64,000 nt of DNA from Diplonema japonicum. Its lineage: Eukaryota; Protista; Euglenozoa: Diplonemea. Both the position numbers and the translations under genes were made by a program. Below are positions 41,467 to 56,205 of the stretch, piece after piece. Numbering within the stretch: position 1 is the stretch's first letter; every line of letters starts with the position of its first letter. Below the pieces are notes generated by a model that saw only the letters and a list, made by a program, of their open reading frames with translations, ran no database searches and had not been told where the DNA came from. The DNA lies in contig OZ025657.1 in assembly GCA_964019335.1 (NCBI GenBank), positions 1 to 64,000 of the forward strand, in the 5' to 3' direction.

Positions 41467-42213
41467 TTAAGCTAGAAAAACATGAGAGTCGCGCATAAAC
41501 TCATGCATCCACGCCAGTATGTTCTTAATTGGCTCGTTGAGGCGGTGTCCCTCGCCGGGGATGTTGACCCATTTCTTGTGCTCTGCCGCTATGAGCTTGT
41601 AGAAGGCTTCACTGCTGGCCACTGGCACCACGTCGTCGCAGCTGCCATGGACCACCAGCGTGGGCACCTTGAGGTGGGCAGCAAGATGCTCGTCGTTCCA
41701 ACTGTGTCGCTCAGCATCTTCAAACATGCAAGCTCCAATGTGGATGTCTCCGACAAACGACGAGCTGAGGACGCACCCGCCGTGGGCACTGTTGGAGAGT
41801 GTCCTCCATCTACTGATGGCCTGCGCGGCAGGTGCTATCAGCAACACTGCTTTTACACGCTTGTCCACTGCTGCCAGCCTCGCAGCCACTAAACCTCCTA
41901 TAGAACTTCCAACAAGGACTACTTTTCCATCGTTTATCTCGGCCTTTTGCAGTACCATTTGAGCGTCCTCCAGCAATCCCGACATTGTTACTTCACATAT
42001 CTTCCCGCTGCTCTCCCCATGGCCTCGGAAGTCCGCCCGGATGAGCCCCCACCCCCGTGCCACTGCGTCTTCTAGAAGCGCGTCACTCTTCTCGCTAACC
42101 CTCTTCGAGCAGAATCCATGCAAGTACATCATGTGCACCTTTTCCTTCTTTGGCTGCAGCACATCTGCTATGACCTTTGAGCCTTCTCGCACATGCACAC
42201 AAATCCGCTGCAT
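41467..42213 (-). CDS. Alpha/beta hydrolase (ABHD10-like)
   Basis: YLHGF, DFRGHGES, GSSIGG nucleophile elbow, HGSCDDVVP, GHRL. Confidence 0.9.
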   Translation of the reverse strand: MQRICVHVREGSKVIADVLQPKKEKVHMMYLHGFCSKRVSEKSDALLEDAVARGWGLIRADFRGHGESSGKICEVTMSGLLEDAQMVLQKAEINDGKVVLVGSSIGGLVAARLAAVDKRVKAVLLIAPAAQAISRWRTLSNSAHGGCVLSSSFVGDIHIGACMFEDAERHSWNDEHLAAHLKVPTLVVHGSCDDVVPVASSEAFYKLIAAEHKKWVNIPGEGHRLNEPIKNILAWMHEFMRDSHVFLA

Positions 42214-42273
42214 GGTCCTGAATGGTGTTAAGGTAGCAGCCCTGTAGGTTTAATAAAACTTAAACTAAAAGAA

Positions 42274-42505
42274 CTAGGTGGGTTCTTTTTTTTTTTGCGG
42301 GGAATGCCCTGGAGCCTTTTCCTTATCCTTGAGGAGATGGTATTCCCCGAAGGCTGTACTGATGAGGAAAAGCCAGAACATAAAAGCAAAGAACGTAACA
42401 CAAAGTAACACAGCAAGTGCAGTCTCCCTGCCTGCCCATGACAGCACCTGGTGGCACCCGCAGAACACTTGAACAATAATGAACGAGAGAGAGGAAGATA
42501 CGCAT
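42274..42505 (-). CDS. Possible small single-pass membrane protein
   Basis: Short ORF with hydrophobic stretch ALAVLLCVTFFAFMFWLFLIS. The start requires a small intron. Confidence 0.3.
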
Positions 42506-42553
42506 TCATTTCTTTTCTTCTTATTTTAGAACATATGGTGGTACCAAAAAGTC

Positions 42554-44267
42554 TCAAAATGAGCCATCACCCCGGAACTCTGTGAACAAATCAAGGTCAG
42601 CCTGTGATGAGTTTTTCTTTCGAAGGATTATATTCTTGTTGCACACCTTCCAAGTCAGCTCATAAAGGTCGTTCCTGCCCATAGCAGAGAAAGTCCTTCT
42701 CAAAGAGTCCCAGATGTCCATGGCACCATTGTTAAAGTTAGGGGGTGTCCCCTTCTGGCTTGATGCAGATGATTGAATCTCCAACGCCTTAAGGAACGAC
42801 TTTGCACTCAAGTCCTGCCTCTCCAGCTGTGAGTAAGCAATCCCAATGTTGTAGTGCGTTCGCACGAAACTCGGATTCAAGTCCAGCGCCTTGTTGTATG
42901 ACTGCAGGGCATCTTCGTGGTTGCCTCCATTTGCCTGAATGGCACCGAGCCTGTTCCACAATTTCGAGTCCTGGTCCTTCCCTGGGTATGACAGCAGTCC
43001 TTGGTAGTGGTGAACGGCCCTGTTGAAATCCCTGTTCATGTGGTGCAAAACACCAAGCACTGCATGCAGCGACGGGTCGGGCGCCTGCCTTAGGACCGTC
43101 TCGAATATGTCGATCGTGCGCTTCGTGTCTTTGTCCTGCTTCGCGAAGTAGTCGATGGTGCCACCGTTCGAGATATCGCCAATTGCGTCGCTGGTATCTG
43201 TGATTGCCATCGCCTTCTTTGCAAACTCACCGTGAGCAGGGTGCGCCGCGAGCCAGTCCCTGAACGTCTCGATGGCCTGGTCCCTTCTACCCTCGTTGGT
43301 CAAGCTCACTCCCAATTGTATGAGCACTTCCTCGTCGTGCGAGATGATCCTTCGTGCATGCAGCAAGGCCGCGACGCAATGTTTGTCCTTTTCGTTGTCT
43401 GCTTGAGTGAGGCCTAGCTGCTTCCACCCTTCGTGATGGCCTTCTTCTTTTCGGACTGTCGCTTCAAAGGCAAGCACGGCCTGAGGAAGGCACCCCGCCT
43501 CTTTCAACTTTATCCCTTCTTCAAATGGGTTCTCGTGGAACATGAACGGGTTGTCCTCCTCGAAGGGGTAGTCGGAGGGATCGGCGTTTCCTGTGAACTC
43601 GTTGGCCCACTCCTCCCCACCACCATCCATCATTTCCTTGAACTGTCCCGCCCAGTCTTCATTGCCCATCATATCCTGGAATTGGTTAGCCCATTCCTCA
43701 CCCTGGTTCTGTGACAAGAACTGTTGAGCCCAGTTCTCATCTCCCACCTGCTGGCCCTCGAACTGCTGAGCCCAATCCTTGTTGCGGTTCTATATGTGTG
43801 TTTAATGCTACAGAACTGCATACCATCTCGACGAAGTCCTTTGACCTGGCGTTCGCCTGCTTTGCTTCGAAGGGGACGGGTTCCTCGCCTACAACACCAA
43901 AGGTTTGGCATTCCTCTTGGTTCTCAAACTCCTCGACCCACCCGCCCTGCTGCTGCTGGTGATTGAACTGGTCTGCCCATGTGGCAGGGCACTGAGCACG
44001 CTGCGCCATCATCTCCCCTGCCCAATCGTGGCCACCCGGGGGCATATGCATGGGAGGCCTCTGTGCCATCATCTCAGCACCCCAGTTCTCTCTCTGTTCC
44101 TCCATCATAGCCAGTTCGTCAACCCCTGCCTCACCCATCGGCCCCTGCATCATCATCCCACGAAGGTTCCTTTGCTCTGAGTACATCTTGTTCACTCCCT
44201 GCATCATCCCATTCCCGCCACCATCGCACCCAGCGGCACCCACCATGTCATCGAGAAACCCCGCCAT
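42554..44267 (-). CDS. PEX5: Peroxisomal/glycosomal PTS1 receptor PEX5; intron 43790-43823 plus a probable in-frame intron near 42602-42646
   Basis: N-terminal Cys, multiple WxxxF motifs, 'DYPFEEDNPFMFHENPFEEG', TPRs with LWNRLGA..ANG..A..YNKAL.LNP.FVR..YN.G. Confidence 0.93.
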
Positions 44268-44326
44268 TGTCCTGTGTGATCTGAGTGCGAGGAATAAAAA
44301 CTAATAAGTACTCACCACCATGTATG

Positions 44327-44815
44327 TTACTTCCTCACAAAATCAAGGTCAGACTCATGCTGATACAGCTGGTGTAACTCATCCAAGTGCCTGCGGAATA
44401 CAAACGCAGGTATCGCAGTGTAGACGATGGGCCCGTACACGAAAAGTGCGTAGACGGAAGCTGTCAGGGCAACCATGTTCCTGGTATGCATGTTTGGAGG
44501 ATGAATTTGGGGAATAAGTGTAAAACATAATTACTTCGAACAGGCTGAAGGTGCCTTTACTGGTGCCACCTTGGATGGAAGGTATTGGTAGTCATGCGAG
44601 CCGTCACCATTAGCGCCGGTGGAGGTCAGGAACCCCGTGACTGTCTTAGCTGGGATGTGTAGCTGCTGTGTGGCAGGACAGGCACCAAAGGCACCAGCGC
44701 GGGAGTCATTCCCTTGGTCTTGAAAGTACTCGTGGCAGGCACCTGTTGGATGTGCAATGTGATGCAATGATGCAAAGACCATACCATGCCTCAAGACGTG
44801 CTTCAGGAGCGGCAT
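44327..44815 (-). CDS. Possible small spliced hypothetical protein
   Basis: GT-AG introns can join ORF 44531..44815 to a hydrophobic last exon ending DFVRK*. Confidence 0.3.
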
Positions 44816-45419
44816 TTAGATATGTGTAAGTGTGTAAGATCCTTGATGGGTTGGGCATCCTTACATCCTCCCTCCCGCCCTCTTAGGCTTTGAACAGATT
44901 CGGCAAAGGTCCTCTGACGCGAGTGATGGCAGATGAGAAGAAACAAATGGCATAATATAAGAATGGTCACGAATAACATCACATCAAGGGAGGGAGGGTA
45001 GTAAAAAACACACTCGTTTGAAAAGAAAAGAAAAGAACAAGAAAACCTTTATACGAAATAAAAGGGGGGGGGGCAAGATAAATTCAGAAAGGGTGAGAAA
45101 TAAATACTGTTGTTACAACACCAGCCGCTTCTTCTTAGCTGGACCCTCTATATTTCCTATCGAGAATAATAAAAAATACAAATTGTAAATAAGGTTTACG
45201 AACCCCTTTTCACACCCAGGCATCATTTCTGCCATATGTTACCCATATAAAACAAACAAAACAAAGAAAAAACAGGTTGTAACACCCCCCCAGGGTTTAC
45301 GTCTCGATTCTAAGGTGCCGTCACCTTAAAATTTGAGATGTTAAAAAATGTAAAAGAGAGAGGTAGGCACACGCCACATGCTTAGACAAAAATAGGGGAG
45401 GGGGTGATATAGAGGTGAT

Positions 45420-46598
45420 CTAGTAGTCCTGGGAGAGGAGCCAGCGGGAGATGATCATTCTCTGGATCTGAGAGGTGCCCTCGTAGATTTGGTAGATCTT
45501 GGCGTCCCTCATCAGCTTCTCGACGGGGTACTCGGAGTTGAAACCGTTGCCACCGAAGATCTGCACAGCGTCAGCCGCCACCTTGTTGGCGTGGTCCGCA
45601 CAGAAGCACTTGGCCATTGAGGCGAAGTGGGTGTTGGGCCTGCCGGCATCGGCCTCCAATGCTGCCCTGTACACCAGGAACCTCCCCGCATCGATCCCCA
45701 TCAGCATGTCCGCCAGCATGAATGAGATCGCCTGGTTCTCGCAGATGGCCTTCCCGAATGTCTTCCTTTCCTTTGAGTACGCAACAGCCTCTTCGTAGGC
45801 ACGTCTTGCAAGCCCCACCGCACCCATTGCCACAGGTGGGCGCGTTTTGTCAAATGCCTTCATCGCAACCTTGAACCCCTGTCCGGGCTTCCCCAGCACC
45901 TGGCTGTTAGGGATCACCACTTCATCGAATGTGATGCCTCGCGTGTCGCTGCACTTCTGCCCCATGTTGATCTCCTTCCTCCCCACCGTGATGCCCGGTG
46001 AGTCAGCATCCACGACGAACCCCACAAAGCCCTCGTCGGAGTTAGCCAGCACGAAAAACCAGTTAGCGACACCACCGTTGGTGATCCACATCTTGGACCC
46101 CGATACAACCCATTCGTCGCCCTTTCTAACCGCCTTGGTCTTCAGGCCCTGCACGTCGGACCCTGCACCGGGTTCTGTGACGCAGTACGCAGCCTTGAGA
46201 GGCTCTTCAGTGAGCCTGCCAAGGAAGTTCTTCTTCTGCTCGTCAGTGCCTGCGACAAGGACAGGTGCGGAGGCAAGCCCGTTGGCTTCGAGGGCAGTGG
46301 TGACACCGGTGCAACCGTAAGCAAGCTCCTCGGTGATGATCACGGAATCGAGGTTGCTGAGGCCGGGGCCGCCGTACTCCGAGGGGATGTGGGGGTTGGC
46401 AAGGCCAGTCTCCCAGGCTTGCTTGAAGAGCTCGTGGGGGTACGCCCCAGTCCTGTCGAGCTCAGCCGCCGCAGGGATGATTATTTCCTTCGAGAACTTC
46501 CTTGCAAGGTCTTGGATCATCATCTGATCCTCAGACAGCTCCAGGCACATCCCCCCCGAGCACCATCTCTTCGCTACGTTTACAGCCGATCTCTTCAT
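45420..46598 (-). CDS. ACADM: Medium-chain acyl-CoA dehydrogenase, mitochondrial
   Basis: [46 protein letters not shown]; short presequence-like N-terminus. Confidence 0.93.
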   Translation of the reverse strand: MKRSAVNVAKRWCSGGMCLELSEDQMMIQDLARKFSKEIIIPAAAELDRTGAYPHELFKQAWETGLANPHIPSEYGGPGLSNLDSVIITEELAYGCTGVTTALEANGLASAPVLVAGTDEQKKNFLGRLTEEPLKAAYCVTEPGAGSDVQGLKTKAVRKGDEWVVSGSKMWITNGGVANWFFVLANSDEGFVGFVVDADSPGITVGRKEINMGQKCSDTRGITFDEVVIPNSQVLGKPGQGFKVAMKAFDKTRPPVAMGAVGLARRAYEEAVAYSKERKTFGKAICENQAISFMLADMLMGIDAGRFLVYRAALEADAGRPNTHFASMAKCFCADHANKVAADAVQIFGGNGFNSEYPVEKLMRDAKIYQIYEGTSQIQRMIISRWLLSQDY

Positions 46599-47180
46599 AT
46601 TGTATGTTGTCTTCTTGTTGGTGATAAGCTGCAAGGCAATAATAAAAAAGAAAAAGAAGCATCTTCATCTTGACATGTACAGATACTCGCAATGAAAACA
46701 AACACAAGATGAAACAAAAAAGCTGGAGCCCGTCATGGCTACGATAAAGTTTAAAAGAAATCAAACGGCAAAGTAGGGGGGAAATGAAAAAAGGGACAAT
46801 TATAAAATGAAGTATCAAAATTAAAGAAAAAAAAACAAAAATGCTATAATAAAAGAAAGAAGGAAGAAAACAAAAATAACTTTTCTTTTTGTATAAACGC
46901 AAATAATGCAGGCGGTCTTTTTTTTTTTCTTTTTGAACATGCTTAAAACTCAACAAAGCATAATTAACCTTTCATCCTCTACCTTTTCATATAACACAAT
47001 TCTCCTTTTATTGTCAGTAAAAAAAGATTGGGGAGGGAGTCACTCAACTGCTGTAGGACACAACAGCGCAGCAAGGCACAGGCGGTGACCGCCGTGTCTA
47101 GCAATCCACACGCAAGCAAAACAGTCTTTTATTTCTATTTGTCTTTCTTCCTTTTTAAAAATACAAAGGGAACAACTTAA

Positions 47181-49887
<2,707 letters not shown>

Positions 49888-50362
49888 GCTTATTGTCTAG
49901 ACCCCTTAGCTGTGAATGACGGGTGCAGTAAGCAGTGAAATAAGAGGCTGTTTTACATGCGGTCAGTCAACGACCTTGCCAAGTTAGTAACTCTGAGTGC
50001 CTAGTGTACGGGGGAAGAACCTATCCACGAAAAGAATTCTATAAAATTCAGTGCGCAGAGTGCTCACTATTCAAAGAAATTCTCACTAATCAGTCATTGT
50101 TACTGTTCTGTTCCGGTGCCTACTTGTAGCGATGAGATGGACGGAATCTGGGCGCAGGAGAGTGGCCTCCTTTCGCTGCCGTGTGCCGTCGGGCTACCAA
50201 GATGTCGAAAGGCATGCACCATCCTCAGATTGGCGTTCAGGGAAATTGTACTGCGCACTTGGATGCCACCCACCAAATACTGCATCCTACAAAAAAAAAA
50301 ATAATAGCTAAAGAAAGATATCTGTTGTTAAGTCAGCCGGAAGAGTATAGCAGCAAGATATG

Positions 50363-51343
50363 TCAGTCAATATCGACTGTGTGGTATGATGAGTGGGTGG
50401 GTGCGCTCTGTGAGATGTCCTGCGGTGGCAGTGAAACCGTGCATGGCAGCGTGACATCAGAGAGAGGAGCACAACCCTTAAACAAGTATGTTATCAAGAG
50501 GAGAGGTATCGAGATGGACCACGCTATGCCCGAAGTGAAGGAGCCTAAAAACACATACAAGGAGAGCTGGTACACAAGTTCCAGCATACGGTATTCTGAA
50601 TCGTTCAACGGGGATGCAATGTAGCCAATTACGCTCTTGACATATAACACTAAGAAAACAGTCCACCACATGATGTGTATCTGGGAGTCAAGCTTCAGTC
50701 CGGTCAACAAAAGGAATACTACCTCCCACCATGGGGCGCGTGCTGCACGTGACCACCAACCCCAATGAGGAGGGTCGAGCTCATGGTATCCAACATTGAT
50801 CCCGGTGATTCCCTCTACTATACCTGCCGTTATGAGCGGTGATAGTGTCAAGAGCCATGAGGTGATGTAGGCATCAGTGTGCATGTACAAGAGAACAGTG
50901 AAGACGAGGAGACAGGAGGCATTGAAACTCATGAACTTGTCTGACCAAGATGAAACTGCGCCTGCCACGATGACAGGTATGAGGCTAATGTCGAAGATCC
51001 AGATAGGAGTGAAGACCATCACCCACGGGATGTACACTAGGCCCGACCACCGTAGCAATCCTAAAAACATGAAAATCCCACAGCAGCAGCACCCGCTCAG
51101 CATGCACGCAGCCACGCCCGCCATGTCGTCGGACCCTAACCAGTCGTATTGTACTCTTTTAAGGGGGTTCCCCAGCACGTCATACGCAGCGCTTACATCT
51201 GCAAACCGTACGCCATCTATTTCTTTCCCCCCTCGGTCAGGGTGCAGTTGCATTGCTTTTTTGCGATACGCCCTCTTGATCTGCTCGGTGCTTGCCCTAC
51301 TATCCACTCCCAGTATATCGTAAAGCGATCTTTCATTATTCAT
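50363..51343 (-). CDS. DnaJ-domain multi-pass membrane protein (TMEM185-like membrane part)
   Basis: LYDILGV..IKRAYRKKAMQLHPDR J-domain, then IPWVMVFTPIW and GLKLD..WW..F motifs. Confidence 0.85.
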   Translation of the reverse strand: MNNERSLYDILGVDSRASTEQIKRAYRKKAMQLHPDRGGKEIDGVRFADVSAAYDVLGNPLKRVQYDWLGSDDMAGVAACMLSGCCCCGIFMFLGLLRWSGLVYIPWVMVFTPIWIFDISLIPVIVAGAVSSWSDKFMSFNASCLLVFTVLLYMHTDAYITSWLLTLSPLITAGIVEGITGINVGYHELDPPHWGWWSRAARAPWWEVVFLLLTGLKLDSQIHIMWWTVFLVLYVKSVIGYIASPLNDSEYRMLELVYQLSLYVFLGSFTSGIAWSISIPLLLITYLFKGCAPLSDVTLPCTVSLPPQDISQSAPTHSSYHTVDID

Positions 51344-51410
51344 CCCTGCAATAACCCCCTCCACACATCAACCCTGTGTGGTTTAATTTTCTATCATGCA
51401 AGAGAAATAC

Positions 51411-51614
51411 TTATACTGCTGCCGCATAAGCGGCGAATAACCCTGTTTCTGGGTCCCCTGCTTGAAGATCTGGTTTCTTTTTAAGATCATGCCGCTTGAC
51501 GTAAGCAGCGCCCCCCATAGTAGGGGGGTTGCAAGCACCACCACCTGAGAAGAGGTTTTTATTGCACTCATCGACTATGAGGTGGTTGGCGTACTCGGTC
51601 TTGCCCATGCCCAT
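51411..51614 (-). CDS. Small hypothetical protein
   Basis: Short ORF directly after a TTCAG acceptor; fills the gap in the gene cluster. Confidence 0.35.
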   Translation of the reverse strand: MGMGKTEYANHLIVDECNKNLFSGGGACNPPTMGGAAYVKRHDLKKKPDLQAGDPETGLFAAYAAAV

Positions 51615-51669
51615 CTTGTTGTGTAACCTGAAGATATGCAATGTTCACGTGGTCTGAATAGGAATCTAG

Positions 51670-52518
51670 TTACAGCCTTCTAGACTTGATGCCGTTGTAC
51701 ACCTCACCAACACGTGAGATATCTGGGAATAGAATGTAGACAAGACGTGTGAAGTCCTTTAGGTTGATGAGACGGGTAGCTTTACTATCGACGGCAGAGA
51801 AGGCGGCAATGAGGTCGGCTGTTGTGAACGGCCGTCCAAGTGCGGCCAGGCCTGTCTTGCATTCTTCATACGAGGCAAGTCCGTCTTTGTCCCTGTCGAG
51901 GGAGAAGAACAGAACCTGCACGTCACTGGAAAACTTACTTTTGAGTTTCCTTTTGTGGCACACGATGGCAGCATCACACACGTTGACGCGTGTCCCTTTG
52001 TCAACGATCCATGCCCCCTTCATGTATCCTAGCCAGCGGCCCACCTGCCATGGCATCCTCTCGCCGTGTTTCTCCTCCGACAGCCATACCGACAGCTTTT
52101 CACTCCCAATGTGCTCCTTCTTCACTACGTTCCAACGCCCCATATTGCTGTACATCACCATCCCGGCACACTCCCACAAGGGCATCCCCTCCCATCTGTC
52201 ACAGCCCACTACTTTATACACACCATCGCAAACACCTCTGCTGCTTTCTAATAGCAAGGCCTCCTCCACGTGGCCCCTTCCAGAAGTCATCATGCTGCTG
52301 ATGTTGTGCTCGACACTCTTCACCTCCTCCTTCAAACCACGAACTGCTGCCATGTAACGAAACACGCTCAACTTGTGGTAGTACCGCATGATCAGCATCC
52401 GATTCATGAGCTTTCCCATCACCCCAATGCTTCTGCTCGACTCGTCATGCCTCCGTGGCGTCACCAGACGAAAAGACTGCGTGTCATGCCTCTGGGTCGG
52501 CCTGCCGTATACATGCAT
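51670..52518 (-). CDS. Hypothetical protein with C-terminal EF-hand pair
   Basis: 'LFFSLDRDKDGLASYEE..AFSAVDSKATRLINLKDF'. ATG 52518 follows a CACACAG acceptor. Confidence 0.7.
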   Translation of the reverse strand: MHVYGRPTQRHDTQSFRLVTPRRHDESSRSIGVMGKLMNRMLIMRYYHKLSVFRYMAAVRGLKEEVKSVEHNISSMMTSGRGHVEEALLLESSRGVCDGVYKVVGCDRWEGMPLWECAGMVMYSNMGRWNVVKKEHIGSEKLSVWLSEEKHGERMPWQVGRWLGYMKGAWIVDKGTRVNVCDAAIVCHKRKLKSKFSSDVQVLFFSLDRDKDGLASYEECKTGLAALGRPFTTADLIAAFSAVDSKATRLINLKDFTRLVYILFPDISRVGEVYNGIKSRRL

Positions 52519-52799
52519 AGGCCTGTGTGATGCAGGGTATAAATTGATAAGGAAACAAAAGTTCCTACATGAAACAAAGGTAAGTGCCTGTAACGGACTA
52601 ACAAAGTCACGAAGAAGGCCACTATGTTTTTGAATTGTGTCAAATGTATAAAAAAAAGACTCTACTGATGCTGCATTAGCGGTAAAAGACTCTGCTTGCA
52701 TCCCTTTTCTTGCCTCGGTCCGCTGTTCCCAGCGACGAAAAAAGAGATAGCATAGAAGAATGAAGGTGTGAATTCACACGAACAGCCTGCATTCTGCAT

Positions 52800-53471
52800 C
52801 TAGATCATTGATTCATATTCACCAGGTATCTCCCGCGGCCCTAGGTGCCCAATGTGGTTTAGCAAGACAAGGGAGATAGTCATCAGGAAGAGAGGTATTG
52901 AGAAGGACCATGCGATGCCTGACACAATGGAACCGGAGAGCACGTACACCGACATGTAAAACAGGAAGTCCGAGAAGAACACGACACAGCTGCACACTGC
53001 CCTTGCGTACAATACCATTAAAATGCACCACCATGTGATGGGGATCAGGTTGTCAAGCTTCAAGCCAGTCAACACGAAGAAGGCCATTTGCAACACTGAA
53101 TCAAAATGCCGTTCAGCTTCCATCCAGATATCAAAGCCCACCTCATTGATTCTTGCGAAGCCCTCCACGGCACGTGCTGCGAGTGCTGCTAGGTGCCATG
53201 AAAGTACGTATCGAGGGTCATCATAGTGCATGATGTAGAGCATAGTGAAAACAGTGCAAAAGGGCAAAGGTAAGTTCCTGCTAAAACACACGACTGTGAC
53301 GACAATGAGCCTGAAGTCGAACAGGTAGACTAGCAGTCCCACGTAGTCCAGACAGGGCAGTCCCTGCTGCCAGAATACTGCATAAAGAACACAAATGGCA
53401 AAACCGAGTAACACATCCTTCACGAGACCCTCGGTAGTGTATGCACCAACCAGATGCCCATCTTTATGCAT
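52800..53471 (-). CDS. Multi-pass membrane protein, paralogue of the 50363 gene lacking the J-domain
   Basis: Shares LTGLKLD..I.I.WW....VLY and YV..GS..SGIAWS.SIPL motifs. Confidence 0.75.
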   Translation of the reverse strand: MHKDGHLVGAYTTEGLVKDVLLGFAICVLYAVFWQQGLPCLDYVGLLVYLFDFRLIVVTVVCFSRNLPLPFCTVFTMLYIMHYDDPRYVLSWHLAALAARAVEGFARINEVGFDIWMEAERHFDSVLQMAFFVLTGLKLDNLIPITWWCILMVLYARAVCSCVVFFSDFLFYMSVYVLSGSIVSGIAWSFSIPLFLMTISLVLLNHIGHLGPREIPGEYESMI

Positions 53472-54015
53472 CAGCCTGTTGTAGCATATTGTATAATGGA
53501 GAGGGCAAAGAAATGCATGTCCAAAGAGTCACAGGACGAGTTTGGACGCTGCCAGAGCCACATTGCTCGACTCCCCCACCGCTCCTTGTCACGCGTGCCA
53601 ACATGCGTGCGAGTTAACCTTTTAAGTACTCTCAAACATCTCAGCTGTGTGACGTGATAAGTGTGACGATATATATAACAAAGTCTTACTAAAGCCAGCG
53701 AAGCTTCTTTAAAAAAAAAATAAATGGGCTAACTTTCGTGTAATGCACGAGACTAGCGACCACTGCCTGTATTGTGATCACAGGCTTTTGACTTTAAGGT
53801 TATGCACAATGAACGAAAAACGGAAACACGAAAAATAAGAAAAAAAATCTGCTTTCTTAAGAAGCTTAACAAGAAACTAAAACGACATAAAGCAGCACTT
53901 GACGCGCCGCTGGGAGGCAGGAAGGGAGGAGAGGCTGCAAGAAAAGCAGTACTACACCAGAGATGGAAAATCCCATTAAGTCGGTAGTACTAATGGAAAC
54001 GTCATCTTCGGTACA

Positions 54016-54828
54016 TCACGCTGCATGAAGGTGAGCAGCGCCTGCCTGCCATTCTCTCGCGTACGTAAGAAGAGTCTCGTAGCAAAGGAAGTACAGTGAC
54101 GTGAAAGGCACAACGCGCATAAGGTGCGGCGACATGCCAGCAAAGCACGTTCCATTCGCGATGACCTCCCGTGCAACAGGCACCAACGACCGTGAGCCGC
54201 CCCAAGAGGAAGGCTCCCTGCACCTCGTGGTGATCACGGACACAGGGTACGCCACAATAGAGGCCATGAAGCGCGACGCAGCAGCAGCGGAGAGGATAGA
54301 AGGTGCATCCTTGGTGTACCTGTCCAGGCTTTTGAGCTTCTCATAAATAGCGAAGAAGACGCAGAACTCGATAGACTTGCTGCACACAGCAGGGACGACC
54401 CCTCGGAAGAAGCCTTTAAAACCCTCACCCCACGTGTCCGACAGGACCTGCCATGCTGTTCGGTGTGGGGACAATTGTGTGCGCACCTTGACCACCCACA
54501 ATGGGGACGTGACTAATGCTGTTGTGATACCACTCAGAAACCCCCGCACACCAGGTGACCTGACCCCCGCCGCGTCGAGGGCATGATAGGTACACAGCTT
54601 GATGGTGGGGGAGATTGTGTACCCGCACATCGTGAGTGCCGCCCCTACCTGAGCGCCTCGCCAGCCCTCCTTAGCGATCAGGGCTGCAGCCTTCACTTTC
54701 AGCACGTCCCGCCTTCTGCTCTGCCTCCGTGTCTTCAACACGTCCAACGGGTTCGTCACAAGCACGGGCACAACACTCGCAGCCATTGCTACCCCGGCGT
54801 GTGTGCCCCACCCCACCCCCTCCGGCAT
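54016..54828 (-). CDS. Mitochondrial carrier (SLC25; nucleotide/folate-type)
   Basis: PLDVLKTR, PLWVVKVR, PVSVITTR; ATG follows a CACAG acceptor. Confidence 0.88.
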   Translation of the reverse strand: MPEGVGWGTHAGVAMAASVVPVLVTNPLDVLKTRRQSRRRDVLKVKAAALIAKEGWRGAQVGAALTMCGYTISPTIKLCTYHALDAAGVRSPGVRGFLSGITTALVTSPLWVVKVRTQLSPHRTAWQVLSDTWGEGFKGFFRGVVPAVCSKSIEFCVFFAIYEKLKSLDRYTKDAPSILSAAAASRFMASIVAYPVSVITTRCREPSSWGGSRSLVPVAREVIANGTCFAGMSPHLMRVVPFTSLYFLCYETLLTYAREWQAGAAHLHAA

Positions 54829-55387
54829 TTTGCTCCTGTGGGAAGAGAGTAACAGGTTCCTCCGATCTTCGCACCGCCATGGCCGACAATGACAAGACGC
54901 AGAAGACACGAAGATCTTGAAGCACACGCAGATGCAGATGAACACAACAAATAAAATAATTCTTTTTGAAACGGGCGGGGCATGTGGAACGACGGGTCGG
55001 GGAGGGCACGTTCGGGGGGAAAGGGAACCAGAAAAAGGTGGTGGGGGCACGGTCTTCTTTTTTCTTTTGTTGGGGGGGGGGGAAGACAATGTTCTTTTTT
55101 TCATCACCCACCCCCGCCCCGTGTCTTACTCTTTTTTTGATCTAGGTAAAGAAAGGAGAAAAAAAAAGGTGAAATGAGAACAAAAAAAAAAAAAAGGCGG
55201 CGGGAAAAATGTTAACAAAACAACAACAACAACAAGTTGTTCTCTTCCTTCTTTTGCTCCTCCACCCCCTTTTGCAGCAAGTGCAGGAAATTCGGATGAG
55301 CAGGGAAACCAAAAAGCCATCACCCTCCCCTACTTGTGTTCACATGAGCATTATTGGCGTTGCTGGAGGCAGGGAGGGAGGGAAGGG

Positions 55388-55433
55388 AACTAGACATTTG
55401 AAAAGGTTTGCGTTTCTTTTTGCGCTCACCGAA
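55388..55433 (-). promoter_or_regulatory. Putative 3'-UTR element, copy 2 (downstream of the ARM-repeat gene)
   Basis: Similar to 3554-3592. Confidence 0.45.
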
Positions 55434-56205
55434 AAGAAAAGTAAAGTAAAACCAAAGCAAAAAAGAGTGAAAATCTACACAAATATAAAGGAGGAAAAGG
55501 GAGTTGGAAAGGAGAAGGTGAAAGAGTATAAATAATAAAGAGGAGAAGGGGGGAGGGGTTACGGGGGATTTGCTTGCAGGTTTCAAAAAAACATTCTTTT
55601 AAAAACTTCTGATGCCTTCTGGTCACACTATCTCTTTAACTAATTTCAAAAAAAAAAAATGTCGCCTTTTGAGTTATAAAAATACAGGGGGGTAAAAAAA
55701 AAATCAAAATCAAAATCAGTTTCTAAAAACATAAATCTCGTTACGTCACCTTCCACAGTATCTCGTTTTTTTTTCTAGTATTTTCATTTTCATTTTCTAA
55801 GCACAGTCAACCATATCGATTGACTGTATAAGCCTAAGAAAACTAAAAACAAAAACTCACTATTTTGAGGAGGAAGAATTCACTTGAGGCAGCCTCCGGG
55901 TGATACTCCCTAATACAAAAAAAGAAGAAACAACAACCCCCTTTTTTTTTTCCTCTTTTCTTTCCCCCCCCCCCCCCTCCTTGCTTCTTCTTTTTCTCGC
56001 TCTTTTCATTAAAATTGAAAAAAGGGGGCGAAAATGAGGGGAAGGCGGGGGAACTAAAAAAAAAAAACCACAAAACTTTTAAAAATTTCTATAAAAAAAA
56101 AAAAAAACGTGTTTTTTCTTTTTTCGCACTTATAGGGGAACACCACTAAAAATGGGCACTGGCTGTACAGGTAAAAAAAAAGAGGGGTCGCTTAGCACAA
56201 CTCAA

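Noticed and set aside
49890-50360. Possible small gene or C/D snoRNA in the 470-nt gap
   Set aside because: No convincing ORF, and only imperfect box motifs without terminal stems.
55803-55828. 8-bp hairpin ACAGTCAA..TTGACTGT
   Set aside because: Short enough to arise by chance in 64 kb, with no supporting context.
54917-56073. Phe/Lys-rich ORFs in the long intergenic region (also 46531..46956)
   Set aside because: Homopolymer-rich UTR sequence, not protein-like.
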